DNA from: an uncultured Acidobacteriota bacterium
GTDB taxonomy: Bacteria > Actinomycetota > Acidimicrobiia > Spongiisociales > ZC4RG35
Direction: 5' to 3'
DNA: 46,786 nt
Assembly (NCBI GenBank): GCA_963828465.1
Contig: CAWHEU010000005.1
Coordinates: 1 to 46,786 of the forward strand
Below the pieces are notes generated by a model that did not search any database, had not been told where the DNA came from, and worked only from the letters and a program-made list of their open reading frames with translations. The position numbers were made by a program, and so were the translations under genes. Position 1 is the stretch's first letter; every line of letters begins with the position of its first letter. Positions 30,133 to 40,413 of this stretch are shown here, in pieces.

Positions 30133-30516
30133 ATGACCTCTGAAGGGCGGTTCGGTGCCGTAATCACCTGCATGGACGGGAGGATTCAGACGCGGACCAT
30201 CGACCAGGTGATGACCCGCTTCGGTGTCCGTTACGTGGACAACATCACCGCAACCGGGGCGGTGAAGAATCTCGACGGAGCCGTAACGCCCACCGGCGAG
30301 GGTCTCCTCGACAGCCTGAACGTGTCGAAGGAAGCCCACGGGACCAATCAGGTGGCGCTGGTGGCGCACGCCGGGTGTGCCGGCAACCCGGTCCCCGACA
30401 ACACCCAGAAGGAACAGCTGCGCAGGGCGAAGGCCGTGGTGGCAGAGCGGTTCCCCGAGATGGAGGTGATGGCTCTCTTCTTCGACCCGAGAATCGGGTT
30501 CGAGAAGATCCACTAA
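30133..30516 (+). CDS. Small beta-class carbonic anhydrase-like protein
   Basis: Zn-ligand motifs CMDGR and H..CAGNP; 127 aa. Confidence 0.75.
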   Translation: MTSEGRFGAVITCMDGRIQTRTIDQVMTRFGVRYVDNITATGAVKNLDGAVTPTGEGLLDSLNVSKEAHGTNQVALVAHAGCAGNPVPDNTQKEQLRRAKAVVAERFPEMEVMALFFDPRIGFEKIH

Positions 30517-30543
30517 GTTCGGCTCCCAGACCCGATCGAGGAA

Positions 30544-31258
30544 ATGATGAATCAATCCGTCCTGTCCGATGCCCTGACCGACCTGCTCGGGCTGGAGCAT
30601 GCCCCCATCGCCATCACTTTCCACGACGAGCTGCCCGACGATGGCGTTCCCCTGCTTCGACGCCCCGATGTCGGAGCCGACCGAGGACGGTCGCTCGGGT
30701 CGAGCCGCCGCTCCCTGTGTCTTCTGGATGCACGCCCACGAGAGGACCTTCGACACCCTGGCCGAGGATCACGGCAACTGCTCCGTGGGCCGGTTCACCC
30801 ATGGCTTCGCCGAGGCCGCCGACATCCTGGACAAGACCGATGTCGCCGCTCTCCTCGACGTGGGATGGGTGACGATGGAGGCCTTCGCCGGAGTGGCCGC
30901 CCTGTCGCGGAGGCCCAAAGGCGTCAGATATGGCCCCCTGGCCGAAGCGGAATCGAGCCCGGATGTCGTGCTTCTGCGCGTAACTCCTCGTCAGATGATG
31001 GAGATCAACGACGCGGTGGAGGTGGACTGGTCGGGCAAGCCTCAGTGCCAGATCCTGCCCCGGGCCGCGGACGACGGTGTGATCGCGGCCTCGATGGGCT
31101 GCGCCCTATCCCGGGCCCGCACCGGGATGGGCGACGACGAGCTGACGGTGGCGGTCCCCGGTCATCGGGTCGAGGAGCTGGTCGCTGCCCTGCGTCCCGT
31201 CACCACGGCCGATGGAGCCGTCGTCGGCTACGCAGTGGCCGACCTGGCCCGCTTCTGA
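30544..31258 (+). CDS. DUF169-like Cys-containing protein; +1 frameshift near 30650
   Basis: L.LE..PIAI.F, then APCVFW, HGNCSVG..THG, YGPL....PDVV, KPQC, SMGC..SR..TG...DEL. Confidence 0.7.
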
Positions 31259-31259
31259 C

Positions 31260-31925
31260 CTAACGCTTGGGCGGCGGCTCCAAAGCGTCCACGGCTGCGG
31301 ACCACTGAAGGGGCAACTCGACTGGTGATGGCCGGGACATGAGGCGGAGGTAGAGATCGGACGCCGTCCCACCGGCTGTTCCCTTCCCGGCTCCCGATCC
31401 GAAGCTCCAAGACTCGCCCAGGTCGGTGGCGGTGACCTCGAGCACACCCGGGATCTCGCCCATGCGCGGGACCCACATGTCACCGAATTCGTCCAGGGCC
31501 GTCCGACCCACCAATGCGGTGAGGGGAGCCGGTTCGCCGAAGGCCTGGTCGGCATCCCAGCGATGCAATCCGGTCTCGATCACCATCCGTCTTCTCCCAG
31601 AGCCCGATCGTCGACTCCGGCCAGAAACCCCACACCGCGGCGGCCGGGTCCGACTCTTCCAGGGCGGTGAGCATCTCCTCGAGATTGGCCTCGTACCACT
31701 CGAGGATGTCGGCGCCCTGCGGCGGCCGGGGAGCAGAGGGCGCTCGGTGGGGAACTCCCGGCAAATGATCGAGGTACGAGCGTGGTTGCCACCTAGATGC
31801 GACATGAGGTCACTGATCAGCCAGCCGGGATATTGAGGGACCGGACGCTCCCGATCCAGCCGGCCCAGCTCGAGGACCCGCTCGCCGTCGGAGCGGATCG
31901 CCGCCAGGTTCTCAGCCGAGAGCAC
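31260..31925 (-). CDS. Maleylpyruvate isomerase family (MDMPI/DinB-like) thiol-dependent enzyme; two compensating frameshifts (~31738, ~31590)
   Basis: VP..PGW...DL..HL and RRM..ET..HRWD; the middle segment (ADILEWYE...[14 protein letters not shown]) is in another frame. Confidence 0.8.
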   Translation of the reverse strand: MLSAENLAAIRSDGERVLELGRLDRERPVPQYPGWLISDLMSHLGGNHARTSIICREFPTERPLLPGRRRAPTSSSGTRPISRRCSPPWKSRTRPPRCGVSGRSRRSGSGRRRMVIETGLHRWDADQAFGEPAPLTALVGRTALDEFGDMWVPRMGEIPGVLEVTATDLGESWSFGSGAGKGTAGGTASDLYLRLMSRPSPVELPLQWSAAVDALEPPPKR

Positions 31926-32835
31926 GGGCCATGGCCTCCCCCATGTCGCTCGGCGTCTCGGCCATGACGATGCCCGCCCCGGTCATCGCCTCGATCTTGG
32001 CGGCGGCGGTGCCCTTCCCGCCGGACACGATGGCGCCGGCGTGCCCCATTCTCTTTCCGGGCGGCGCCGAGGTCCCGGCGATGAACCCGGCCACTGGCTT
32101 CGTCATGGAGCTGGCGACGAACCCGGCAGCATCCTCCTCGGCGGTGCCCCCGATCTCCCCGATCATGATCACACCCTCGGTCTCGGGGTCTTCCTCGAAC
32201 ATGCGGAGCATGTCGACGAAATTGGTCCCGTTGACCGGATCGCCGCCAATTCCGACTGCGGTCGTCTGACCCAGTCCGTTCAGGGTCAACTGGTACACCG
32301 CCTCGTAGGTCAAGGTCCCCGATCGGGAGATCACACCCACCCGCCCCCGCTCGTGGATATAGCCGGGCATGATGCCGATCTTGCACTCGCCCGGCGTGAT
32401 CACACCCGGGCAGTTGGGACCGATGAGACGGGTCGCCTTGTCGGCGAGGTAGCGCTTGGCCTTGATCATGTCCGCGACCGGGACACCCTCGGTGATGGCC
32501 ACGACGAGATCGAGACCGGCGGCGGCCGCTTCCATGATGGCGTCGGCGGCGAATGGCGGCGGCACGTAGACCACCGATGCGTTGGCCCCGGTGGCGGCCA
32601 CCGCCTCCTCCACCGTGGCGAACACCGGCAGGTCGACCGAGTAGGTGTCATCTCGCCCCGGCACACCCGATGGGTCGGTCTCGCCCTCGAAGTGGGCGAC
32701 GCTCCCCTTCCGGGAAGGGTGGACCGCCCCCACCATCTGGGTCCCGTAGGCGATCGCCTTCTCGGTGTGGAATTGACCGGTCTTGCCCAATCCCTGGATC
32801 AAGACCCTGGTGTCCTTGCCGACGAGGATGCTCAT
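31912..32835 (-). CDS. sucD: Succinyl-CoA synthetase alpha subunit
   Basis: [46 protein letters not shown], phospho-His in MGHAGA. Confidence 0.97.
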   Translation of the reverse strand: MSILVGKDTRVLIQGLGKTGQFHTEKAIAYGTQMVGAVHPSRKGSVAHFEGETDPSGVPGRDDTYSVDLPVFATVEEAVAATGANASVVYVPPPFAADAIMEAAAAGLDLVVAITEGVPVADMIKAKRYLADKATRLIGPNCPGVITPGECKIGIMPGYIHERGRVGVISRSGTLTYEAVYQLTLNGLGQTTAVGIGGDPVNGTNFVDMLRMFEEDPETEGVIMIGEIGGTAEEDAAGFVASSMTKPVAGFIAGTSAPPGKRMGHAGAIVSGGKGTAAAKIEAMTGAGIVMAETPSDMGEAMARALG

Positions 32836-34055
32836 CGAGCCAATTCCACGATCTTCTCGGCTCCGTCCTTGAGGCTGTCGGCGGCAACGAGGTCGAGCCC
32901 AGAGTCATTCAAGATCCGTTTGCCCTCCTCGACGTTGGTTCCCTCCAGCCTGACGACGAGGGGCACCTCGAGCCCGACGTTCTTGACGGCGGCGACGATG
33001 CCGTCAGCGATGACATCACAGCGCATGATGCCGCCGAAGATGTTGACGAAGATCCCCTTGACCGAGGGGTCCTTGGTGATGATCTGGAAGGCGGTCGTGA
33101 CCTGTTGCTCATCGGCGCCGCCGCCGACGTCGAGGAAGTTGGCCGGCTCACCCCCAACGTGCTTGATCGTGTCCATGGTGGCCATGGCCAGACCGGCCCC
33201 GTTGACCAGGCAGCCGATCGTCCCGTCGAGCTTGATGTAACTGAGCCCGGCCTCTTTCGCCGCCAGCTCGGCCGGGTCTTCCTCGGTCTCGTCGCGCATG
33301 GCGGCGATTTCGGGATGACGGAAGAGCGAGTTGTCGTCGAATCCCATCTTCCCGTCGAGCGCCATGACCTGGCCCCCACCGGTGATGACGAGCGGGTTGA
33401 TCTCGATCAGATCCGTGTCGAGCTCGGTGGCCGCACGGTCGAGAGCCTTGACGAATCTGACGAAGCCTGATGCCGTATCGCCTTCGATTCCGAGCCCGTG
33501 GGCGAGGGCGTTGGCCTGAAAGTCGGCGAGGTCGATGGCCGGGTCGATCTCTTCCCTCAGGATCTTCTCCGGCGTCTCCTCGGCGACCTTCTCGATCTCC
33601 ATGCCGCCCTCGGTGGAAGCCATGACGATGTTCCGGCTCACCGACCTGTCGAGGAGGATGGCGAGATAGAGCTCGCGGTCGATGTCGATCCCCTGCTCCA
33701 GATACAGCCGGCTGACCACCTTTCCCTCAGGCCCGGTCTGGACCGTCACGAGAGTCGAGCCGAGCATCTTGCCTGCCAGTTCCCGCACCCTCTCCTCGGC
33801 CGCTTCGGGCCCACCTTCCACGCCTTCGGTGATGACGTTCACTCCGCGCAGATCGGGGTGCTCTTTGAAGGTCCCCTTGCCCCTGCCCCCGGCGTGGATC
33901 TGAGACTTGAGGACGACCACGGGGTTCCCCGATTCCTCGATCAGCGGCCGCACCGCTGCGACCGCCTCCTCGACCGTTGTCGCCATCCGGCCCAGCGGGA
34001 CGGGAATCCCCCGGGCCGCCATGACCTCCTTCGCCTGGTACTCGTGGATCTTCAA
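32832..34055 (-). CDS. sucC: Succinyl-CoA synthetase beta subunit
   Basis: MKIHEYQAK (TTG start), [49 protein letters not shown]. Confidence 0.97.
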   Translation of the reverse strand: MKIHEYQAKEVMAARGIPVPLGRMATTVEEAVAAVRPLIEESGNPVVVLKSQIHAGGRGKGTFKEHPDLRGVNVITEGVEGGPEAAEERVRELAGKMLGSTLVTVQTGPEGKVVSRLYLEQGIDIDRELYLAILLDRSVSRNIVMASTEGGMEIEKVAEETPEKILREEIDPAIDLADFQANALAHGLGIEGDTASGFVRFVKALDRAATELDTDLIEINPLVITGGGQVMALDGKMGFDDNSLFRHPEIAAMRDETEEDPAELAAKEAGLSYIKLDGTIGCLVNGAGLAMATMDTIKHVGGEPANFLDVGGGADEQQVTTAFQIITKDPSVKGIFVNIFGGIMRCDVIADGIVAAVKNVGLEVPLVVRLEGTNVEEGKRILNDSGLDLVAADSLKDGAEKIVELAR

Positions 34056-34064
34056 GAGGTTCTC

Positions 34065-34461
34065 CTAGACCTTGGAGGGGACGTTCGACTCCGCCCACGA
34101 CGTGATCATGTCGAGAGGGGTTCCGGGGGTGAAGATGGTGGCCAGCCCCGCATCGAGCAGGGCCTGGAAGTCTGCCTCCGGAATCACGCCACCACCGAAC
34201 ACGACGATATCCGTGGCGTTGCGGGCAGCGAGCTCCTCGACCACCTGCGGGAACAGCGTCTTGTGGGCCCCGGAAAGCGAGGAGAGACCCACCGCGTCCA
34301 CGTCTTCCTGCACCGCAGCCTCGGCGATCTGAGCCGGGAGTCTGGTGAAGACCGGAATAGATGACTTCGAACCCTGCATCGCGCAGCGCCCGAGCGATCA
34401 CTTTCGCTCCGCGATCATGGCCATCGAGACCTGGTTTGGCGATGAGGATGCGTCGGGGCAT
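34065..34461 (-). CDS. Stand-alone cobalamin-binding subunit of an acyl-CoA mutase (methylmalonyl/isobutyryl-CoA mutase small subunit); +1 frameshift near 34337
   Basis: [12 protein letters not shown] (DxHxxG), [13 protein letters not shown]; second frame [26 protein letters not shown]. Confidence 0.92.
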
Positions 34462-34485
34462 TCCGGGACGGAAGGGTAGTTGGGA

Positions 34486-35167
34486 TCAGCCTTCTTCAAT
34501 CCGGTGCCAGGATGCCCAATCCTCGAGGTGGGCGAGCTTGAACTCGGCGCAGGCCGGCCCCTGGAAGTTGGGCTCCTCCACACACGCGGCCTGGTACTCG
34601 TCCGGGAACAGGAGGTTGGCGAACCGCTGATAGGACGCCGTCAACCTCTCGTCCTCGAGATAAGGCCCGGCGACGAACAGGAGGCGCCCGTCCTCGATCC
34701 CGAACTGCTGCGAGACCACGGCCGGCGCCTTGCCGACGGCCTCGTTCAGGACGTTTCCGTAGGCAACGTCACATCGGATCGTGGAGGGTGGCAGGGACGC
34801 ACAACCGAGCAGCTCCGTCGTCGCCTCCAGCATCGCCTGATACTCGACCTCGGCGCGAGAGCGCTCCTCGGAGGGGCCCGTTCGCAACCGTTCCGGTGCC
34901 CTGAGGGCATTGGCGGCATCGAAGTCGCCTCCGTACCAGGCCTCCAGATGGGCCTCGATGAGCCGACGCTCGGAGAGGTTCATGAGGTCCACCCCACCAC
35001 CTTCTCCAATCGCCAACGTGCGCGAAAGCGAGGACTCCGACGATGGCTGCCGACACCCAGTGACGCGTCCCGGTCGATCGGCCGGGCTTGGTTCCCGGGG
35101 CTGTCAGCCCGTCGGGCTCGACGAGGACTGGGCTCACAGCCACCGAGCCTAGATCGGCCGGGCTCAC
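34486..35167 (-). CDS. Hypothetical membrane-anchored protein with four Cys in the soluble part; probable +1 frameshift near 35020
   Basis: The 176-aa ORF 34486-35016 has protein-like composition. A hydrophobic anchor (WVSAAIVGVLAFA) lies upstream in an adjacent frame. Start uncertain. Confidence 0.5.
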
Positions 35168-35197
35168 CAGTACCGGGACCGACCTACCCTTGGCTCC

Positions 35198-36296
35198 ATG
35201 AGCGCTTCCAACCTGCACGGGCTGGCCGCAGCCGGTGTCTCCATCTGGTCCGACCAGATCTCCAAAGCGATGCTCGATTCCGGAGAACTCGCCCGGAGGA
35301 TCGACGAGGACGCAGTGACGGGGGTCACCTCGAACCCGACCATCTTCGCCGGTGCCATCGTCGGCTCCTCCGACTACGACGATCTGCTCCGAGAGCTCAA
35401 GTCCGCCAACGTCTCCACCGAGGAGATCGCCAAGACCCTGATGGCGACCGACCTGAAACGAGCCTGCGATGAGCTGGTCGGTGTCTTCGAGCGCACGAAC
35501 GGGACCGATGGTTTCGTCTCCGTCGAGGTGGCCCCGACCCTGGCCGGCGAGACCGAGGCGAGCGTGGCCGAGGCCAGGGACTGGGTGAAACAGGTCGACC
35601 GACCCAACCTGCTGGTCAAGATCCCGGCCACCCAGGAAGGCATCCCTGCGATCCGCCAGCTTCTCGCCGAGGGGATCTCGGTCAACATCACGCTGATCTT
35701 CTCGCTGGAAAGGTATGGCGAGGTCATGGAGGCCTACCTCTCGGGGTTGGAGGAGTTCGCCGCTTCGGGCGGGGATGTGAGCAAGGTGGCTTCGGTTGCC
35801 TCGTTCTTCGTCTCTCGTGTCGATACCGAGACCGACAAGCGGTTCGATGCCATCGGAACACCCGAGGCCCTCGCCTTGAAGGGAGTCACCGCCAATGCCA
35901 ATGCCCGCGTCGCCTACGGCCGCTTCCTGGAGGAGTTCGGCTCGGACCGGTACCGGGCGCTGTCGGAAGAAGGGGCGCGGGTGCAGAAGCCACTCTGGGC
36001 CTCCACATCGACCAAGAACCCCGACTATCCCGATCTGCTGTACGTGGAGAACCTGGTGGCTCCGGACACCGTGAACACCATGCCCCTGGAGACGATCGAC
36101 GCCTATCAGGACCATGGCAACCCGTCACCGGAGCCATTCACGGCAGCGGACATCGAGCAGGCCAGAGCAGATCTCGACCGTCTGGCGGATGTCGGCGTTG
36201 ACTACGACGACGTCGTCAAGGTCCTCGAGAGACGAAGGTGTCGACAAGTTCACCAAGAGCTGGCTCGAGCTACTCGAGGACATCGAGAAGGCATAA
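35198..36296 (+). CDS. tal: Transaldolase (actinobacterial long type); +1 frameshift near 36229
   Basis: SIW.D, GVTSNPTIF, VSVEV.P, KIPAT, NITLIFS, ASFFVSRVD, PLWAST.TK, TVNTMP. True C-terminus EGVDKF.KSW..LL ends at 36296. Confidence 0.95.
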
Positions 36297-36357
36297 CGGC
36301 CGCCGAACGGCCATGATGACAATCTTAGAAATCTCTGCTTTACGAACCCCTTGTTTC

Positions 36358-36382
36358 TGTCACTCGTCGAACGTATGTTCGT
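36358..36382 (+). promoter_or_regulatory. Overlapping PafBC-type promoter (TGTCAC-N10-TATGTT) and LexA SOS box (TCGAACGTATGTTCGT)
   Basis: SOS box at 36367-36382 matches TCGAAC-N4-GTTCGA at 11 of 12 positions and covers the -10 (36374-36379). ATG at 36387. Confidence 0.75.
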
Positions 36383-36386
36383 AGGT

Positions 36387-37460
36387 ATGGAACGAAGTCT
36401 GCTCTCGACCGATCGTCGAGCAGCGAATGCTTCCCGCCGAGGCCGAGATCAGCCGGCTCGCTGCCAGGAAGATGCTCGACCTCGAAGAAGCTGGACTACC
36501 GGCAGGTCGCTACCGCCGATGGTTGCCGTTCCTTGTCGGAGTGGACGACCGCCCGGTTGGATCTCCATCCCGATACTGCGAAATCCCTGGTGCGGACCAT
36601 GCGGAGAACCGTGGAACGTCCTGATCTGCGGGACGCATTGGCTGGAGGGGAGATCACCTTCGACCGGATGGAAGCGCTGTCCCGGATCCCCGAAGAGGTG
36701 GGCCTTCTCGAACACCTGGATGTGGCCGGGGTGCGGCGGGAGGCAGCCAACCGAGTCCGGATCACCGCCGAAGACGAATATCGGACCGCTCTAGACCAGT
36801 TCCTGGTCCTCCAGCCCTCACTGGACGAATCATGGTGGAAACTGTGGGGTGGCCTCGACGGAGCCACCGGAGCTTTCGTCGACAAGACAATCTCCGAGAA
36901 GGCTGATGATCTACCACTCCTCCCCGACGGGACCCGCGGCGACTCCTCATGGCGCAAAGCAATGGCCCTGGCCGAACTCTGCATCAGCGACGATCCCCCA
37001 CCAGCCCAGCTCACCGTATTCGTCGACGCCACCCAGGCCACCCCATCCAACGGGCAGGCCGGTGTCATGTTGGAGGCCGGACCTCGGATCGGCCGGGACG
37101 CCCTCGAAGCCATCCTCTGCGATGCCGTCACCGAAATCACCGCCCGACTCAGAAGACGGCACACCAATGGTCTACGGACGGAGAACCAGGACCATCCCAC
37201 CCGCCCTTAGACGGGCCATCATCCACCGCGACGGGAACACCTGCACCGGCGACGGCTGTCCCAGCACCCACCGACTCCAAGTCCACCACATCATCCCCTG
37301 GTCACAAGGCGGAACCACCGACCCCGAAAATCTGATCACCCTCTGCTGGTTCCACCATCAGATCGTCGTCCACCAACGAGGCTTCCAGCCCTACCACCAC
37401 CCAGAACACGGGCGGATCCGATTCCGCAAGCCGGCCCTCCGTGGCCCGCCTTCAGGCTGA
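36387..37460 (+). CDS. DUF222/13E12-like HNH endonuclease; several frameshifts (possible pseudogene)
   Basis: DGCRSLSEW, AL..GEITFD, GGLDG..G, C-terminal RTIPPALRRAI..RD..C...GC....QVHHI.PW..GG.TD..NL..LC..HH. Frame breaks at ~36414-36490 and ~37145. Confidence 0.82.
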
Positions 37461-37477
37461 TCAGCCATAATCCAGGG

Positions 37478-38124
37478 ATGATCGTCACCCGTCTGGGACA
37501 CGCTTGTCTCCTGGTCGAGTCCCCGTCCACCCGCCTCATCATCGACCCCGGGACCTTTTCCAACGACTGGCACGGCATCACCGATCTCGATGCGATCCTC
37601 GTTACCCATCAGCACCCGGATCATTTCGATGCGGACAACATCGAGACCGTCATCGCGGCCAACCCGGAGGTGCGCCTGATCGTCGAGCCGGCCGTGGCCA
37701 AGATCCTTTCCGAGCAATCACCGCACGCCGCCCTCGTCGGCGAAATAGTCGACCTCGGGAGTGTCACCGTCGAAGTCGTGGGGGGCGAGCACGCCGTGGT
37801 CCACGATCGCATCCCACGCAGTCGGCAACGTCGGATACCTCATCCAGGAGAGCGGTGGACCCACCCTGTTCCATCCCGGCGATTCATACGACGTCACGCC
37901 CTCGGGGATAGATCTGCTGGCCCTGCCCTTCGTCGCCCCTTGGGCCAAGACGGCGATGACCATCGACTTCGCCAACATCGGTGAAACCGGAGCGGGCAAT
38001 CCCGATCCACGACGTCTTCCTCAACGAGATCGGCCGGTCCACCTGGATGCGTATCTGCCGGGGCGTCATCGACGAGACGATCGTCATCGACGACCCTGCA
38101 GTGGGCGATCCGTATACCGTCTAG
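37478..38124 (+). CDS. MBL-fold metallo-hydrolase (UlaG/Lactamase_B_3-like); two +1 frameshifts (~37820, ~37980)
   Basis: LGHAC, IDPG, THQHPDH, H, N.GY, HPGDS, PIHD spread over three frames. Confidence 0.85.
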
Positions 38125-38127
38125 ACC

Positions 38128-40041
38128 ATGGCCACCGACTCAACACTCATCACCTGGCTCCTGAAGCTCGCCAACGGCATCAACCCGCTGACCAGCGGGC
38201 CGGAAGCTCCATTGGTGACAGGCGCCGCCCTCGATTCCTTCGGACCTTCCCTGATGCCTCGTTCGTCGATGCATCAGGGCATCGCCGGAGGTCTGGCCGT
38301 GATCTCGGCCCGAGCCATCGGTCTCTGCGTCGACAGGGTGGTCCGGATCGTGGCCCCGGAGACGGCGCCGCTGGCGTGGCGGATCGGAGCCCGCGCCGCC
38401 CTCGCCGGTGGAGGCGCCGCATTGGGGCGGCTCTCCGAGACCGAGGATGAAACGACCGCCAGAGCCTCTCTCCGCAGCGCCGGGAAGCTGATCAACGTTG
38501 CAGCGATCGGCGGGATCATCTACCAGGCCGCGCACGACGTCAGCGAGAAGGTCGACTCACCGATCGTGCCGATAATCACCGGTCTCGGTGGTTTCGGATA
38601 TGCGATGACGAGGTGGTCCAAGGAGTTGGACACCCGGCAGGGCGTGGTGGCGAAGTGGACCGCCGAGGACAAGCCGGCCAACATCTTCGCCTCGGTCGCC
38701 ATCGCTGCGGCGGTGGCAAATGGGGGACGCGCCTTGGGAAGGGGATATGCCTCCTCCAGACGCTCCATGGTCGGATACATGGGCGAAGGAGTGGGACACG
38801 TAGCCATCGGCCGGGCCATGAACCTCGCCCTATGGGGAGTCGGCGCCGTGGCGCTCTATCAGGGATTGGTTACGAGGATCTCCAGGAGCAACTCCAAGAT
38901 CGAGACCGCTTTCGCCACACCGCCTAGCAGCGAACATGTTTCCGGAGGGCCCAACAGCATCTCGCCATACGCGCAATTGGGGCTTCAGGGCCGCCGCTAC
39001 GTCTCCGAGGTCGTCACCCCCGAAGTCATCGAGCAGACGATGGGTCAGCCGGCCGTAGCTCACCCCATCCGCGCCTACGTGGGTGTGGAGAACGAGCCGG
39101 TCTACGCCACCGGGCGATCAGAGCTCGCGCTGAACGAGATGGAGCGCCTCGGCGCCTTCAATCGAAGCTATCTCCTTCTCGTCTCCCCGACCGGGACCGG
39201 TTGGGTGGACCACACGATGATCGAGACGGCCGAGATCCTGACCCGTGGAGACATCGCCACCGTCTGCATCCAGTACGGCAAGGCGCCATCCTTCCTGGAA
39301 GTGCAGGGAGTCTCTCTCGGACGGGCCCAATTCAGGCAGTTGCTCTGGGGCGTGAAGCAACGGCTCAGGGCGGTGCCTGAGGAGAAGCGGCCCAAGGTCC
39401 TCGTGTTCGGTGAGAGTCTCGGGGCCTGGTCGAGCTCTGACGTGGTGATGCATCAGGGCATTGCCGGCTTCGATCACTACGGCATCCATCGCGCCCTTTG
39501 GTTTGGACTGCCCGGCCTGGCCCGCTGGTCGAAGACGGGTATGCGGGAAGGGCGCAACCGCCTGACACCTGAGGGAACCGTCGCCCCGTTCGACCACTTC
39601 GAGCAATACCAGGCCCTGAGCAAGGAAGAGCAGGAGAAGATGCGGGCGGTGATCGTCGACCACGACAACGACCCCATCGCTCAGTTGTCATTGCGAATAG
39701 CCGTCAAGAGACCGCCGTGGCTCGATGGAAGGCGTGGCCGTGGAGTGCCGGAGTCGATGAAATGGACTCCGATGATCACCTTCACCCAGGTCCTCGTCGA
39801 TGCCATGAACGCCATGGTGACCATCCCGGGCCAGTACAAGTCCTTTGGCCATGACTACCGGGCCGACACCGCCGCTTTCGTCCAGGCGGGATACGGGCTG
39901 CCCGAAGTGACCGAGAAGCAGATGGCAGCCCTTCATGAGACCCTGATCCGCCGAGAGCTCGATCGGGCGGCACGGATCAAGGCGGGTCAGGATGCAACCG
40001 GACAGGACACGATGGGCCGGGTCGCCTCCGACACCCAGTAG
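38128..40041 (+). CDS. Membrane-associated alpha/beta hydrolase (Abhydrolase_9-like)
   Basis: PSLMPR, N-terminal TMs, LGLQGR, PIRAYVG, PTGTGWVD, QY...PS, nucleophile GESLG, DPI, GH.Y. Confidence 0.85.
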   Translation: MATDSTLITWLLKLANGINPLTSGPEAPLVTGAALDSFGPSLMPRSSMHQGIAGGLAVISARAIGLCVDRVVRIVAPETAPLAWRIGARAALAGGGAALGRLSETEDETTARASLRSAGKLINVAAIGGIIYQAAHDVSEKVDSPIVPIITGLGGFGYAMTRWSKELDTRQGVVAKWTAEDKPANIFASVAIAAAVANGGRALGRGYASSRRSMVGYMGEGVGHVAIGRAMNLALWGVGAVALYQGLVTRISRSNSKIETAFATPPSSEHVSGGPNSISPYAQLGLQGRRYVSEVVTPEVIEQTMGQPAVAHPIRAYVGVENEPVYATGRSELALNEMERLGAFNRSYLLLVSPTGTGWVDHTMIETAEILTRGDIATVCIQYGKAPSFLEVQGVSLGRAQFRQLLWGVKQRLRAVPEEKRPKVLVFGESLGAWSSSDVVMHQGIAGFDHYGIHRALWFGLPGLARWSKTGMREGRNRLTPEGTVAPFDHFEQYQALSKEEQEKMRAVIVDHDNDPIAQLSLRIAVKRPPWLDGRRGRGVPESMKWTPMITFTQVLVDAMNAMVTIPGQYKSFGHDYRADTAAFVQAGYGLPEVTEKQMAALHETLIRRELDRAARIKAGQDATGQDTMGRVASDTQ

Positions 40042-40045
40042 CGGC

Positions 40046-40375
40046 CTACTTTTCCTTCTGCTGTCTCTTTTCCACCTGATCTTTGACCGTGCGCCCGAGG
40101 ATGAAGTTGAGAAAGCCGAGCAGTGTGCTCACCCCGGCCAGCACGAAGAATATGGTGAACAGCCTGGAGAACTCGGTTGTCGGGTGGAGGTCGCCATAAC
40201 CGATCGTGGTCAGTGTGATCACGGTGAAATACAGCGCCTCGATCACCGACCAATCCTCGACGAGGGTGTAGAAAACGGTTCCGGTAACGAGGATCGCCAG
40301 GACCGACAAGATCAGGAGTCGCCCGCCCGGCTCAGCCCAAACCTCGCGCAGAGTCCGAAGAATCGCCCTTACCAC
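40046..40375 (-). CDS. Minimal 2-TM potassium channel (Ion_trans_2; NaK/KcsA-like)
   Basis: TM1, pore helix ALYFTVITLTT, selectivity filter TIGYGD, TM2; 109 aa. Confidence 0.92.
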   Translation of the reverse strand: MVRAILRTLREVWAEPGGRLLILSVLAILVTGTVFYTLVEDWSVIEALYFTVITLTTIGYGDLHPTTEFSRLFTIFFVLAGVSTLLGFLNFILGRTVKDQVEKRQQKEK

Positions 40376-40413
40376 AACGCCAAAATAGACCCTTCAGCGG
40401 CTGCGATCCGGTA

